This document shows positions 37,901-49,151 of a stretch of DNA of 64,000 nucleotides, piece after piece. A program made the position numbers and the translations under genes. This stretch comes from Eremomyces bilateralis CBS 781.70 (lineage: Eukaryota), in the NCBI GenBank assembly GCA_010015585.1, contig ML975160.1; one strand, 5' to 3'. The notes beneath the pieces were generated by a model that did no database searches, had not been told where the DNA came from, and saw nothing but the letters and a program-made list of their open reading frames with translations. The number at the start of each line of letters is the position of its first letter. Positions within the stretch are counted from its first letter, which is position 1.

Positions 37901-39961
37901 ACGGCCAGCCCGGATTTTCCGCGCAGGATGTTGTTCCGGAAGGTGTCGGGGGCGACGTAGTTCTTCGTCTCGGTGCGCTTGAGCTTGAAGGCGGCGGATT
38001 GGAATTCCGAGAGTTGGGAAGTGGAGGTGGAGGTAGAGGGGGCGCGGGTGTTGCGGGATTTGAGCTGGGAGCGGAAATCGGTCGGGGCGGGACTGTTGGA
38101 CGAGGGGGGGGGTTTGGGGGAGGTGGAGGGTTTGGGTCGGGTGGGTGGCGGGGTGGAGGAAGTGATTGAGGTTGGTCGGGAGGGAGGGGAGTTGCGCTGG
38201 GGAACAGGGGATTCGGGTGACTTTGCGCCGTCATTGGGTAGTTGTATGATCGCAGAGTTGGAAGTCGGTACTGGCTTCGAGGCCGGCACTGGCTTGGACG
38301 CCGGCATCGGCTTCGAGGCCGGCACTGGCTTCGAGGCCTGCACTGGCGTCGACGTCACCGAAGCTTTCTGCTGCTTCGCCTTCGCAATCTCCGCCATCCA
38401 CGCCGGCTGCGCCTCCTCCTCCCTCACCTTCGGCGACTCCTTCCTCTCCAGCGCCGAATCCAGCCAACTCGCCTTCGTCGGACTCCACCGCTTTGACGGG
38501 CTCGGCGGCGGGGACCTCTGTTCCTCTGCCTCTGGCACGGTCGTGGAAACCGTCGCTACGGGGGCGCCGTAGCTCGAACTCGGCCGAGAATTGCTCGCCG
38601 GCTCCGGAGGAAACCGAATCTCGCTCCGCGATGAGGACGGCGCGTGGCCGAGCGCAGGGCGGCCGGTGGCGGAGGCGGTGGATCCGGTGCGCGCGAGCCC
38701 GGGGGTGGCGCTCCAGCGTTTGCTCACGGAGTCGGAGCGCTTCAGCATGGCGGACTGGACGAAGCCGCCGGCGCCTTTGGTGGGCGAGGGTGGGCGGTTG
38801 AGAAAGTTGCTGACCGTCTCGGCGGTGGAGGGGGGGGTGAATTTCTGGGCGGAGAGGGTGGGGAGGGGGGAAGCACGCGATGGCCGGTCGAGGATGGATT
38901 CTTGGCGGATGGAACCGGCGCGGGAGGGGGAGGGCGAGCGGGAGGGGGGGATCGGGGGGGGAGATGAGGTTCCTGGGTCGATTGGGGCGGTGGGAGATGT
39001 GTTGCTGGATGACATTCCAGGTAATCGGAATCGTTCTGAGCCGCTGGTCGCCGTTTTGGTGCGGGTGTGTTCTTCGTTTTCCTGTCCACGGCGAAACGCC
39101 GCATTACCAATCCCACGATCCGAAGTCTGCTTGAACCAGGTTGGATCTTTCGAGCCCAGCGACTTTGCAATGTCCTCTCGAGAGATTTCCTTCTCGGGGC
39201 TGGACGGTGGAGGCGTCCCTAGCGGAGAGCCACTTGCCGGCCCCGCAGTGGACTCGGTCGCTGCCATGCGCAGTGAGAGCGGTCGTCGTCCATCTCGTGA
39301 AGAAGGCCGTTGCTGCCATGAGAGCGTACCGGATCGTGCGAGCGCGACACTGCTCATCCGCTTGATATCTGTATGTCCGTCGCCTGAGGTTTGGGAATAG
39401 GAGGAGGATGGCCGTGCTGGGGGAGGCATCTCGCCCGGGCCATTGAGGCGGGCAAGGGCTTCGTCGACGGCCATCTCACGCGTTTCTTGCGGTTGGGTCG
39501 CGGGGGTAGGTGCGAGGATCGGCTTGGAGGATTCGGGACTTGCGATTTTGGATTTGATGGATTGAGGGGTCGTTGCTGCGGATGATTTTTCGGGTGAGAG
39601 GGATCGTGCACGCTCTAATTCATAAGTTGGCTTGCGTCAGTGAGGTTCTGGTTCAATGGTTCAATATGTTTTGCACAAGGCGGGTTTGAAGACGAAAGTG
39701 GGAGGTGATGAGCAAAGTGAAAAGAATCGTGAACTTTGTCGCGTCTAGTTGCGTCCTGGGCGTGTTGCATGGAAAAGTATTCCCCTCTAACACGTATAAA
39801 CGCCTCCACTCACCTTGTCGTCGAGCCAATCGTTCACTTCGATCCTTTGCAATCTGTTCCTCTAACTTGCTGAACCGCTCTGCGTCTTCCTGGTCCCGCT
39901 TCTCACCCAGCTCTCGAATCTTCAGCAGGAAATCGGTCGGGTCCAAGTCGTTGTCCGTCAT
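34947..39961 (-). CDS. DUF4045-domain protein with long Pro/Ser-rich region and C-terminal gelsolin/villin-like repeats
   Basis: Exons 39961-39814, 39614-35294, 35217-34947. FLLKIRELGEKRDQED..R, GTLSWQQRP, KDPTWFKQT, GGFVQSAMLKRSDSVSKRW, LTHMTKGRARGPKRR; gelsolin-like QGREPP.F, LFLWKG, EVEGGQEDGRF. Confidence 0.85.
38266..38340 (-). repeat. 18-bp coding tandem repeat (ASKPVP-type, 4 units)
   Basis: Translation ASKPVPASKPMPASKPVPASKPVP. Confidence 0.8.
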
Positions 39962-41396
39962 TGTTTTGGAACCAAGGGAGGTAAACAGACCAACAAGGCG
40001 ATGTCTGGTACTCGGATCCGGTATCTATGGGAGGACCGGGTGTTGTTGCGTGTGGGAATAGGATAGATGCTTGGATCGGTCCCAATGGAGGTCAGGGGGA
40101 TTGATGTGGGCTGAAAACAAGGATTTCACCGCCCGGTGGAACAACGGAGATGCGGAGCGATGCTGGTGCATATGGATACTGGACGGTGATGGAGGATGGT
40201 CGGATTGCACAACAGCAACACGAACCTTTGTGCAGCAATTTTCTCCACCACTTCCTAGAGATAGTCTAGTGCATACAAGAATCTTACACGTCGTGTATTA
40301 CCGTCTTACCGTATCCTGTATCACCAGTACTACAAGCATTTGCTGAGTGATGCTCTTCACGATCGCGTGTTGTTGTCGCCTTATTCGCCTGAGGCAACCA
40401 TTTCCATTGCCGGCGCCACGCAGCACTTAGTCCGTCACGATGATCAAGGCGGAAGAGGGCATGGTGTTTGTCAACTCAGTTCAGGGTCTAGAATCGAAAT
40501 TATACCCTTTCCCATGTAATCTTGAGAATTGTGCATGATATTTATATTGGGAGCGTTGACACTAGGACTCCCACCCGTAGAGCTCGATGGTCGACCAGCC
40601 AGACAAGGAGCGAATTGTAATTACAGCACCAAAGCAGCCGACGAATCAAAGCCCTGGGATTTCAACCTCCGATGTCTCTCTCCTCTGGTTGTTAACGAAC
40701 AACATACCGAGCCAACTCCTAACTCCCAATTCCTTTCCAGGTCTCTGGTTCCAGTATTGACCTTCTCTTGATCAGAGGGGTTGTTGGTTAATGCCTCTGC
40801 ACGAGGAGGGACTTGGCATCGGACCCTCTCCGTGGATGGACTTCTGCATCGTGAGGACTGGTAGCGTTGTACAGTCAAGTTGAACGGCAACCACCCTCAA
40901 CAGCCTGGATGGCTTTCATTATCTGCATTCCTTATGCTTATCGATACATGATTTCAAAGGATCCTAACCGTGCCATGATGAAAGGCCATGCTGTTCATCT
41001 TCCCGGCATTCACCTCGAGGACAGGTCAAGGACGAGATCGGGTTACAGACATAGGTATTAGTGAATGGAAGCAAGTGAGGTGAAGAATGTTAATGTGTTA
41101 TCGAAATTACCTAATTATTAACTGGCCACCTGTACTGTCCTCGCGGATCGCCAAGTTTGGTAGGAGGCCATTCACTCAGTGCCGACATATAAATTATTTC
41201 CATCTCCCATAACACGCACAACTTACCTTCCTTCTCTCACATCCTTACATTTCTCTATCTCTAGATTCTGCACCGCATAAATCTGGAACTTTTTCGGTTA
41301 TTTTATTTCCACTGTCTACTGCATCGTACCTTCCTAGTACCCCTCATTCTTATCGAAGTCCAATTCAGTCGACTCACACACTCAGTGGCCTAAGCA

Positions 41397-41485
41397 TCTC
41401 TCGGCGTGTTAAGTAACTCTCAGCACTCCACGGGTGGAGAATTACCCAGCGGGTTGAGAGTCTCTCGGCGTGTTAAGCAACCCTC
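41397..41485 (+). repeat. 25-bp direct repeat pair in the predicted 5' UTR of the large GNAT gene
   Basis: tctctcggcgtgttaagtaactctc (41397-41421) and tctctcggcgtgttaagcaaccctc (41461-41485), 23/25 identical. Confidence 0.85.
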
Positions 41486-41587
41486 GTCCATTAACTGCCC
41501 TTCACATTGCTATTGATTGCATAGGTACTTTCTGATCTCCCCTTATAGTCTATTATCCATCTGACTTTCTTCGCAAGCACAACAGTG

Positions 41588-44052
41588 ATGTCACCAGTCA
41601 GCAAAGGCGAAGGTGGCCCATCCGATCCAGGAGGCAAGACCAGCCGGTCGATCACCCCCTCACCACTCGCCCAGGTCGTGTCTGCGAGTTCGTTGTCTCC
41701 GTCTGGATCCACTAGTAAGGAAGATGCGAAGCCTAGGAACACGGCCACCAATACCATTACAGGTTCCACGGAACTTTCTAGTGCACCTCCCAGCACGAAC
41801 AAGTACATCAGCCGCACCCCAGCCGAGTTTATGGCCTTCCACTGTGGTCAGAAACTGAACTCTCTCAAGATTTCGTCAACTGGGAGTGGTCAATCAAGTG
41901 CAGGGGCCCAGAACATGGACGCTTCAACAGGCACTGTGTCAGTGACGCAACAAGCCACACCACCCAGGTCCGCCGCATCTACTGGAGAAATGCCTCCTTC
42001 CAAAGGAGCAACGGCTACCATGAACACCAAGAGCATCCAATTTGTGAACGGAGGGCAGCTCAAATCTGTGGAAATTGTGAATGTCCCATGGGATAACAAG
42101 TCAGCTATTGCGGGGGAAACGACCAAGAGGTACGTCTTTCACGTGATCCCATTCTTTTGAAATCACATTTCACTACCATGAGTCACTTCTAACATTCACA
42201 TAGCCTCCCATCCAGCCAGAACACCAAGAAGTCCAATGACAGGCCTGTCAATCCTTGGGCGAAGACCGGTTACTTTTTCTCGCAGCCGGTAGCACTTGAC
42301 TCCGCGGCCCGTTCACCATCTGGTAATCGATCGCCAAACGGATCTAGCCCGGGTAAATTCATCATGGCCAGACTCGATCCAAAACTCAAGGATGCCTTGA
42401 GCGAAGAGACTTGGACGGGCAATGCTCCTAAGTTCCACGTCGAGAGACAGACCCCGTACCACAATGAGAATGGCAAGAAGCGAGACAGTCGCTTTGCCAA
42501 GGTTCCGGCCCACAACCCGCGGCTGGAGAAACTTAAAGAGCTGGGGAAGCTGAGAAGCGATCGGGACTACCCGCGTCATCCAACCGATGAAGAGATACTC
42601 GAGGCGGAACGGAATCGCACGCCTTCCGAAATTGCCTTTGAAGAGGAGCGGGGCATTAGACGGGAACAGATTATCTATGAGGCGCCCAGTCAGCCTTGGA
42701 CTGGTGAATTTGGGGGCTTCGAGCCATTCCCCGTCGTGTCGGACTATCGAATGGAGGGTCGGAAACTCATCCTACCTACCCAATGGGAAACCCGACCCGG
42801 ATTCTCTGGCTGTGTTGATGCTGAGATCATGGACTGGCGGAAGGTCGTTGCAGAAGTGTGCGGCGTGTTCGTGGTCCCAATCCATCAAAAGGGTTTCCAT
42901 GGAGAGGTCAATCTTGAGGTTGCATGTAACCTTTGGGTTCCCAAGGACATTGATGGCATGGACCCCACGGAATTTTGGTCCTGTCATGTAGTCAGCGAAT
43001 TGGCCGCACAGTGCGATGTCGCAAAGACAGATCGCCCATGGTGGGAACTCTTGATCGACAGCAGGACCCTCCACGTGATGCGTCCTTGGATCCAGCCAGA
43101 AACCGTACTCGATCCACTGGATTCCAAGTATGCGGCTGCACGGGCGGAAGAGAACACGTCGGAAGGCGCGATCATGCATGCACTCAAGCTTGAAGCAGAA
43201 CGACAACAGGCCAAGGATGCTAAGATGGCCAAGAAGGCAGAAGAAGCGAAACGGATCCGTGAGGAAGTGGCACGAATCCCCGAACGGCCCCCGAACCCAA
43301 ACACACCGAAGGCCAATATCTACATTCGTCCTGCTCTCGTCACCGACCTTGTCCAAGCAGCCGAGATCTATAAACACTATGCAAAGAACACAGTCCACGC
43401 TCCCGATCTCGATATGACCCCAGCGAGAATGCGGGATATCTTCGACGATGTCGCCCAATGTGGCTTGCCTTTCTTCGTCGCACTTCTCCGCGGGAAGTCC
43501 AAGAGTCAGCGTGCCAATCGCAACCGTGATCCCAACTACGCCGAGAAGTTAGTCGGATTCTGCTTCGGGCAGAGCCATTCTACTGGAACCACGGTCTATG
43601 GTATCACAGCTGATGTACAGATCTACGTGGAGCCCAAGTGGCTTCAAAAAGGCATCTCAAATTGCCTGATGGACCGAATGCTATGGGGCCTTGATAAGTC
43701 CTACCTCCCGCGCGATGGATACCTGTGGGAACACAACCACGATACCGGCGAATGGACCATGCCCGGTGGCAACGTCGAAGTTACCAACGTCGTGGTGAAG
43801 GTTCTCTATGAGAGTGATTATAAGACCAACCAGGGAGCCGATATCTGGGCCAAAGGCATTGAGCACGTTCCCGAGGACATCCCGGTTGCGGAGAAGATCC
43901 GCAAGAAGGTCCTCGCGTCATGGCTCCTCAAGTGGGGTTTCAAGAAGGTTGGCGAGACCGACGGCATCGGGTCCAAGAAATTCGGCGGTAAGGTCCATGA
44001 GGTGGGCGAGTCCGTCTATCGTCTCCGCACTGGGGAATCGAAGTGGCGTTGA
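41588..44052 (+). CDS. Large protein with low-complexity N-terminus and C-terminal Pat-like GNAT domain
   Basis: Intron 42130-42203 joins ORF 41585-42160 in frame to ORF 42364-44052. GNAT region IYIRPA..D..AAEIYKHY..GLPFFVA..VGF..IYVEPKWLQKGISNCLMDRML. TATA-like near 41188. Confidence 0.8.
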
Positions 44053-44343
44053 TGGCGAGACGCGATCGGATTGCAGTGCGGGATTCGATCGACGACATGG
44101 CGAGACGCACGGGTTCAAGAGAAGAGACAGATACATGATGTTAAACAGGCGATGATTGCGGATACGAATGGTGCGATGCGATACGGTTTCGGTTTCGGTT
44201 CTGGTTTTAGTTCGATTGCGGGTGTTTTGTTTTCTCGGTTTTCCTTCCATTGTCGGCCAGTACGCGCTCAATACACGGAAATCCTTCACTTATCGGACAT
44301 TCTTCTCAAGGTCATGTGTGGCCTCTGATTACAGGATAGAGAT

Positions 44344-44876
44344 GGTGCTTTTCAGCACTACTCGGTCGCAAATTCACGGTTCACGATTCACGGTTCTCAT
44401 TCCCCTTCCATTCAATCACCAATCAAAATGACCGGTCGGGTGCTTTTCAGCACTAGTCGGTTGCAAGCTTTCACGGTTCAAAGTTTTCATTCCCTTTCCA
44501 TTCAATCACCACTCACAATAACGGGCCATGCATGTGCTGAAGGTCTTTTATGATGACCTTGAGGCACTATCACTCCAACAAGGTATTTGCGGTTCGATCC
44601 TTTCCTATTTCCATTTGTTTCCTTGTGTTCTCTGCTTCTCAACCGATTTCCCCCCTTTCTTAACAAAATAAAACAAAACAAAAAGCGATGTGTGCTTTCC
44701 GTGGTCGGTCGCTTCCAACGATCGTTCAAAATCATAGAGCACTTCATCTGGTGCGTCTGGGTTTCATGAGAAGGGTTCTCTCTGGGTTTCGATCTTCCTT
44801 CACAAAAAACGATACCTCCCAAGGATCCGTCCTCGGTCGATTCCAAAGATCGTTCAAATCCACGGATTACTTCATC
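44344..44876. repeat. Two pairs of diverged direct repeats in the convergent intergenic region
   Basis: About 80-bp units at 44344-44425 and 44439-44515 (ggtgcttttcagcacta...ttccattcaatcacc); about 44-bp units starting 44705 and 44833 (tcggtcg.ttccaa.gatcgttcaaa). Confidence 0.8.
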
Positions 44877-45401
44877 ATGGTTTATCATGGTTCATCGAGA
44901 TCATTGCAGATTTCATGGGATGCGTTGTGATATGGGTTTTGATCTTTCTCTCCACTCATACAAAACTAGAAAACATTTGGAAAACGGAAAACTACCAAAA
45001 AAAGATCGAGATTCAATCTCAAATAAAAATGGTTTCATGGGTATCATGGGTTAGCAGTCTTAGAAGACCATCGATACATAGAACATGGGAATATCAGAGA
45101 ATTGTGTATAAATCTGCTCGTACATCTCGTCTATATGTGCTTGCTGAGTGACGATAATTCATTAGGAACGTGACTACCGGAATTTCCTAGACTTTCCATG
45201 GGGTATGTCATACAGAGCTTCATCTACTCTTCTTACATTTTTAGGTGATCCAATAAACACTGGACATTCGCCTTCGATCAGCTCTGCTTCCCATATCCCA
45301 TTCGTTTCAACTTTCCAAACTCCCAACGGACAACCAGGGCACGCTCAGCGACCACCGGAAACAAGCCTACACCACGGCCGACATCCACATGCATCCACAC
45401 C

Positions 45402-48400
45402 TCATCCGCCCAGCCCAGCACCCACCTCAATCCCCCTCTCCACTGCCACCCGCACCCGCTCCCTCGCCACCTGGTTCCCACACTCCACCTCCAAATTCTC
45501 AAGCCACACCTTCGCCGCGTGTCCGCCGACCGTGATCTCGATGCCCGGCACGGGGATGCCAAGCGCATGGAGCCGTTGGAGCTCGTGTTTCTCCTCCGGG
45601 GAAATGGAGAGGGGGTCAGTGTCGGGGGATGGGGGGGGTTTGGAGGGTGGGGTTTCGGTGGAGGGGGAGGGGGGGAGGCGGGGACGGGCGATCGGGGTGA
45701 TTGCGGAGGAACCGAATTGGGATTCGAGGAGGAGGAGAAGGCGGGAGAGGCGGGTGGAGGAGGAGGTCGGTGTAGATGGTTGGGATGTCGAGGTCGGCGC
45801 GTGGGAATGGGAATGGGCCTGAGAGGAGTCTGTAGATATGTTAGCGTAGATTCGGATGCTTGAAACCTAGAAAAGCCACGACAAAACTAGCCTAGAATGG
45901 TGGACGATGGGATTGTTCGTGCAAGAGAAACTTACGCTTCACCGCGGCTGGGCTACTCTCCACCGTCAACAACACCCCCACAACTGCATCCGCGATCCCA
46001 TCATTGACCATATTCCCCTCCCACTCCACAACCACCTTCCCTTGCGGCCCACCACACTCCACCCGCACGCAATCCATCACTTCAAACACCGTCGTGCGCC
46101 CGACCTCCTCATCCGCGACCTCCATCGCCCCATTCCCATGAGCATCCTGCTCCTTCTTCTTCTCCGCCGCAAAGTCCGGCGTAACGATCTTGATCCCACC
46201 AAACGTCCCCTCCAGCGCCCAACGAATCAGCTCCACGCCCGCTGTCGGCAGTGCCATCTGCTGGCGGCAGGTGATCTGCGTCGTCGTGAGACCGGCGTAT
46301 TCGCGGAGGTCCTCCGGAGCCATCAAGCTCATTTTGAAGTCACTCTGGACCAACACCCCTGTGATCAACTGCGGCTGCGTTTGCTCCTCCGGCGCGACGT
46401 CTTTCATTTCTTCGTCCCCGGAGACGTCTTGCGGTCGGACAGTGATGGGTTGCGGCGCGGTGATCTGCGCGAGCTTGCCGACGACTTTGGCGAGCTTCTC
46501 GGTTTTGAAGGGGATGCGGAGGGCCTCGCAGTTGGGTGGGGAGAAGACTTTGATGGGGTTCTTGCGCTTGGAGTTGAGGCCGAGGAGCTTGGATTTGAAG
46601 CGTGTCATTTGGGATTTTTCGCCGTGGACCAGGATCTATTACGTAGTTAGCTTCGTGAGACTCTCTGTGACTGCATTGTTCATGACTTGGACTTACGACG
46701 ACAGACGGGTTGACCTCCTCTACGAACTCGCGGTTCTCGGCGCCATCAACGTGGGCCGCGAACGCAAATTCGTTGACGGTACAGCGCCGTGGAATCTGGA
46801 CCTGATCATGCTGTCCAGGCACCTTTCCTCTGCTCGCCGTCGCTGCGCCTCTCGTCATAATCGCGGGAATGAACTCCGGTTCGGTCATGATGATCTTTGC
46901 CATGGTCCCTTCAACACTGTAGCCGGTAATGACCACCCCATTCCTCTGATCCGGGGCCCACCGCTCCAGCAATTCTCGCGACACCCCACTCTGCATCATA
47001 CCAGGGCTTGCCAACATCACGCAGCTCCCAATATCGTCGAAGCGTTCTAGGCTCTTGAGACTTCGGATGTATCGGAAATCCCATGGGCCGGCTTTGGACA
47101 CCTCGCCTGTCGATTCGGCTTCCGCCATGCGTTCGCGGAAGAGCCGCTTGATGTTGTCGTTCATGGCGCTGATGTACGTTTGGTAGACGACCATGCATTT
47201 CCTCGCGAGGTTGCTGGCATAGTATATTGGGACCTTTTGGTACTCTGGATGCTTCCCCCAATACTCATCGAGGATGAGGAGCAGTTCTTGGGCGCGTCCC
47301 AAGGCAAATACCGGAAGGAGCGCTCGTCCTCCTCGGTTTAGGATGCCGGTGATGGTCTTCATGAGCATGTTCTCCCTCTCCACTCGCGGGACGTGGGTGG
47401 CAACACCGTATGTGCTCTCCGTGATTAATACGTCGACCTTGACGTTTTCTGGCGCTCTAGCGGAGATGAGATGTCGGTCCTCTTCCCGGGAGTAGTCGCC
47501 AGTGAATAGAATCTTGAGGCCGGCAATCTCGATGAGAAACATTGCAGCGCCCAAAACGTGCCCGGCCGGATAGGGGGTTATTCGAATCGAGGAAATAGTG
47601 TGTGTGGTGTAGTAATCGATGGCTTCGATCTGGGGGAAGGTAGAGAGGTGGTCGGCTTCGGTATAGAGTTGGATCTTCTGCTCGGCGGAGGACGAGACAT
47701 TCCTAGATGGTTGTTAGGTATGCAATATCCACACCGGAGGTGTACCCTACCCAACGCGAACGCTGTCTTGTATGAGCCATTTGTAGATGGCTTTGGTGGG
47801 ATGGGTCATGAAGACCCGACCTTTGAAGTTCGTCTTCGCAAGAACATAAGGGAGGGAAGCTGCATGGTCTATATGGAAGCTGGCAAGCGTCAGTCCTACT
47901 CCCCAGTGAGACGAAATATAGCAGTACGGCGAGGCTATCGGCATTCGACGAGACGTCACAGCATGGTAGCCATTAAAATGAACATGGTGCTTTCATTGTT
48001 TCTCATATACATGAAGCTGCTGTGTGGAATACATGAAACGGCTCCTGAATATCATGATCGTATTGCTGGAAGCAGAGGAAAAAGATGAAATGTAAGGATA
48101 TGAGTTGACAGTGAACAAAATCCGGACGCCCTTGCCAAATGCCGATGCCGTTCACCTCTAGTGCTCTAAACTTACTGGCTTATGAGTAGCACGTCAACTG
48201 TGCTCAAGTCATATTCGTCGTAGAAGGGGAGGGAAGAGATCCCTTCGTATGCGGGCGAAGTACCAGCATCCAACTTGAGGTATATCAGCGAACGAACCTT
48301 AGAATCATACACGGACGAGCTTACCATAACAGTCTTGCCTTTGTACCTGATGATGTGACATGATCTTCCCACTTCATTGCATCCTCCGAGACCGAAGAAC

Positions 48401-48462
48401 TCCAACTCATCAGCAGGGTCGACATCGTCATCTTCTGGAGAGAGTTTCCGTTTCGACGCCAT
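45402..48462 (-). CDS. YSH1: Pre-mRNA 3'-end endonuclease Ysh1/CPSF73 (metallo-beta-lactamase/beta-CASP)
   Basis: Introns 48324-48274, 48175-47880, 47750-47703, 46696-46636, 45935-45830. Motifs [58 protein letters not shown]. Confidence 0.95.
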
Positions 48463-48673
48463 CTTCAAATGCGACTCCTCATCCCAGTGATACGTTATCA
48501 GAAGAGTTGGAGAAGGAAGATTAGTACAAGGTGAGCAGCTTTGCTTCCTCTATTGAATCCACATGAGGGTTGAGAGCAAGGATGGAATTAAGGAATGAAT
48601 TGAAGAGGGTTAACTTGCATTCATCGGCGCAATGTTTGGATTGGAATATCTCAACGGATCGCGAAAGTTGATA

Positions 48674-48695
48674 GTCACATGATCGCAACACGTGA
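48674..48695. promoter_or_regulatory. E-box (Cbf1-like) motifs in the divergent YSH1/TAF4 promoter
   Basis: GTCACATGA (48674-48682) and CACGTGA (48689-48695). Confidence 0.4.
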
Positions 48696-49151
48696 GCTGA
48701 AGGCCCGTGCGGGATGGGGACGCGCCACAGCTCTCCATCTTTCCTTCTCCTCACTCTATCACATCACAATCATCGCGACATTCAGCCCTGTGCCAGTCCT
48801 CCAACAACCGTGAGCATCTCCGGAAGGGTTTCAAATACATGTATTGAAACCATAGCATGCCTCACTCTTGGTAAAGGAGAGAACAGTCTTCCGCCGTCCG
48901 GCGCTGCTGAGCAGCAACAACCTTCCAACCCGCCTCCACCTCCATCCACCTCGGACATCCCATCGTCATCTGCTACGAGCTCCTCCGCAGGAGATAACGA
49001 CTCCGGATCTCACTCACAGCGGCCGACCCCATACGCGTCTCCTTACGCGTCTCCTTGAACATCCCCTTGGTTCTCCTCAAGCAGCCCTTGTCCCCTCACC
49101 CCAGCGCAATTCGACGACCAATTCGACGACCGGCGGCAAGCTACTTCAAAC

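Noticed and set aside
41397..44876. Direct repeats considered as a CRISPR-like array or LTRs
   Set aside because: Only two copies of each, eukaryotic context, no cas or retroelement genes, no TG..CA ends.
47880..48175. YSH1 intron 2 as a TPP riboswitch or box C/D snoRNA
   Set aside because: No TPP consensus and no properly placed RUGAUGA/CUGA pair seen. An H/ACA RNA cannot be excluded without an Infernal scan.
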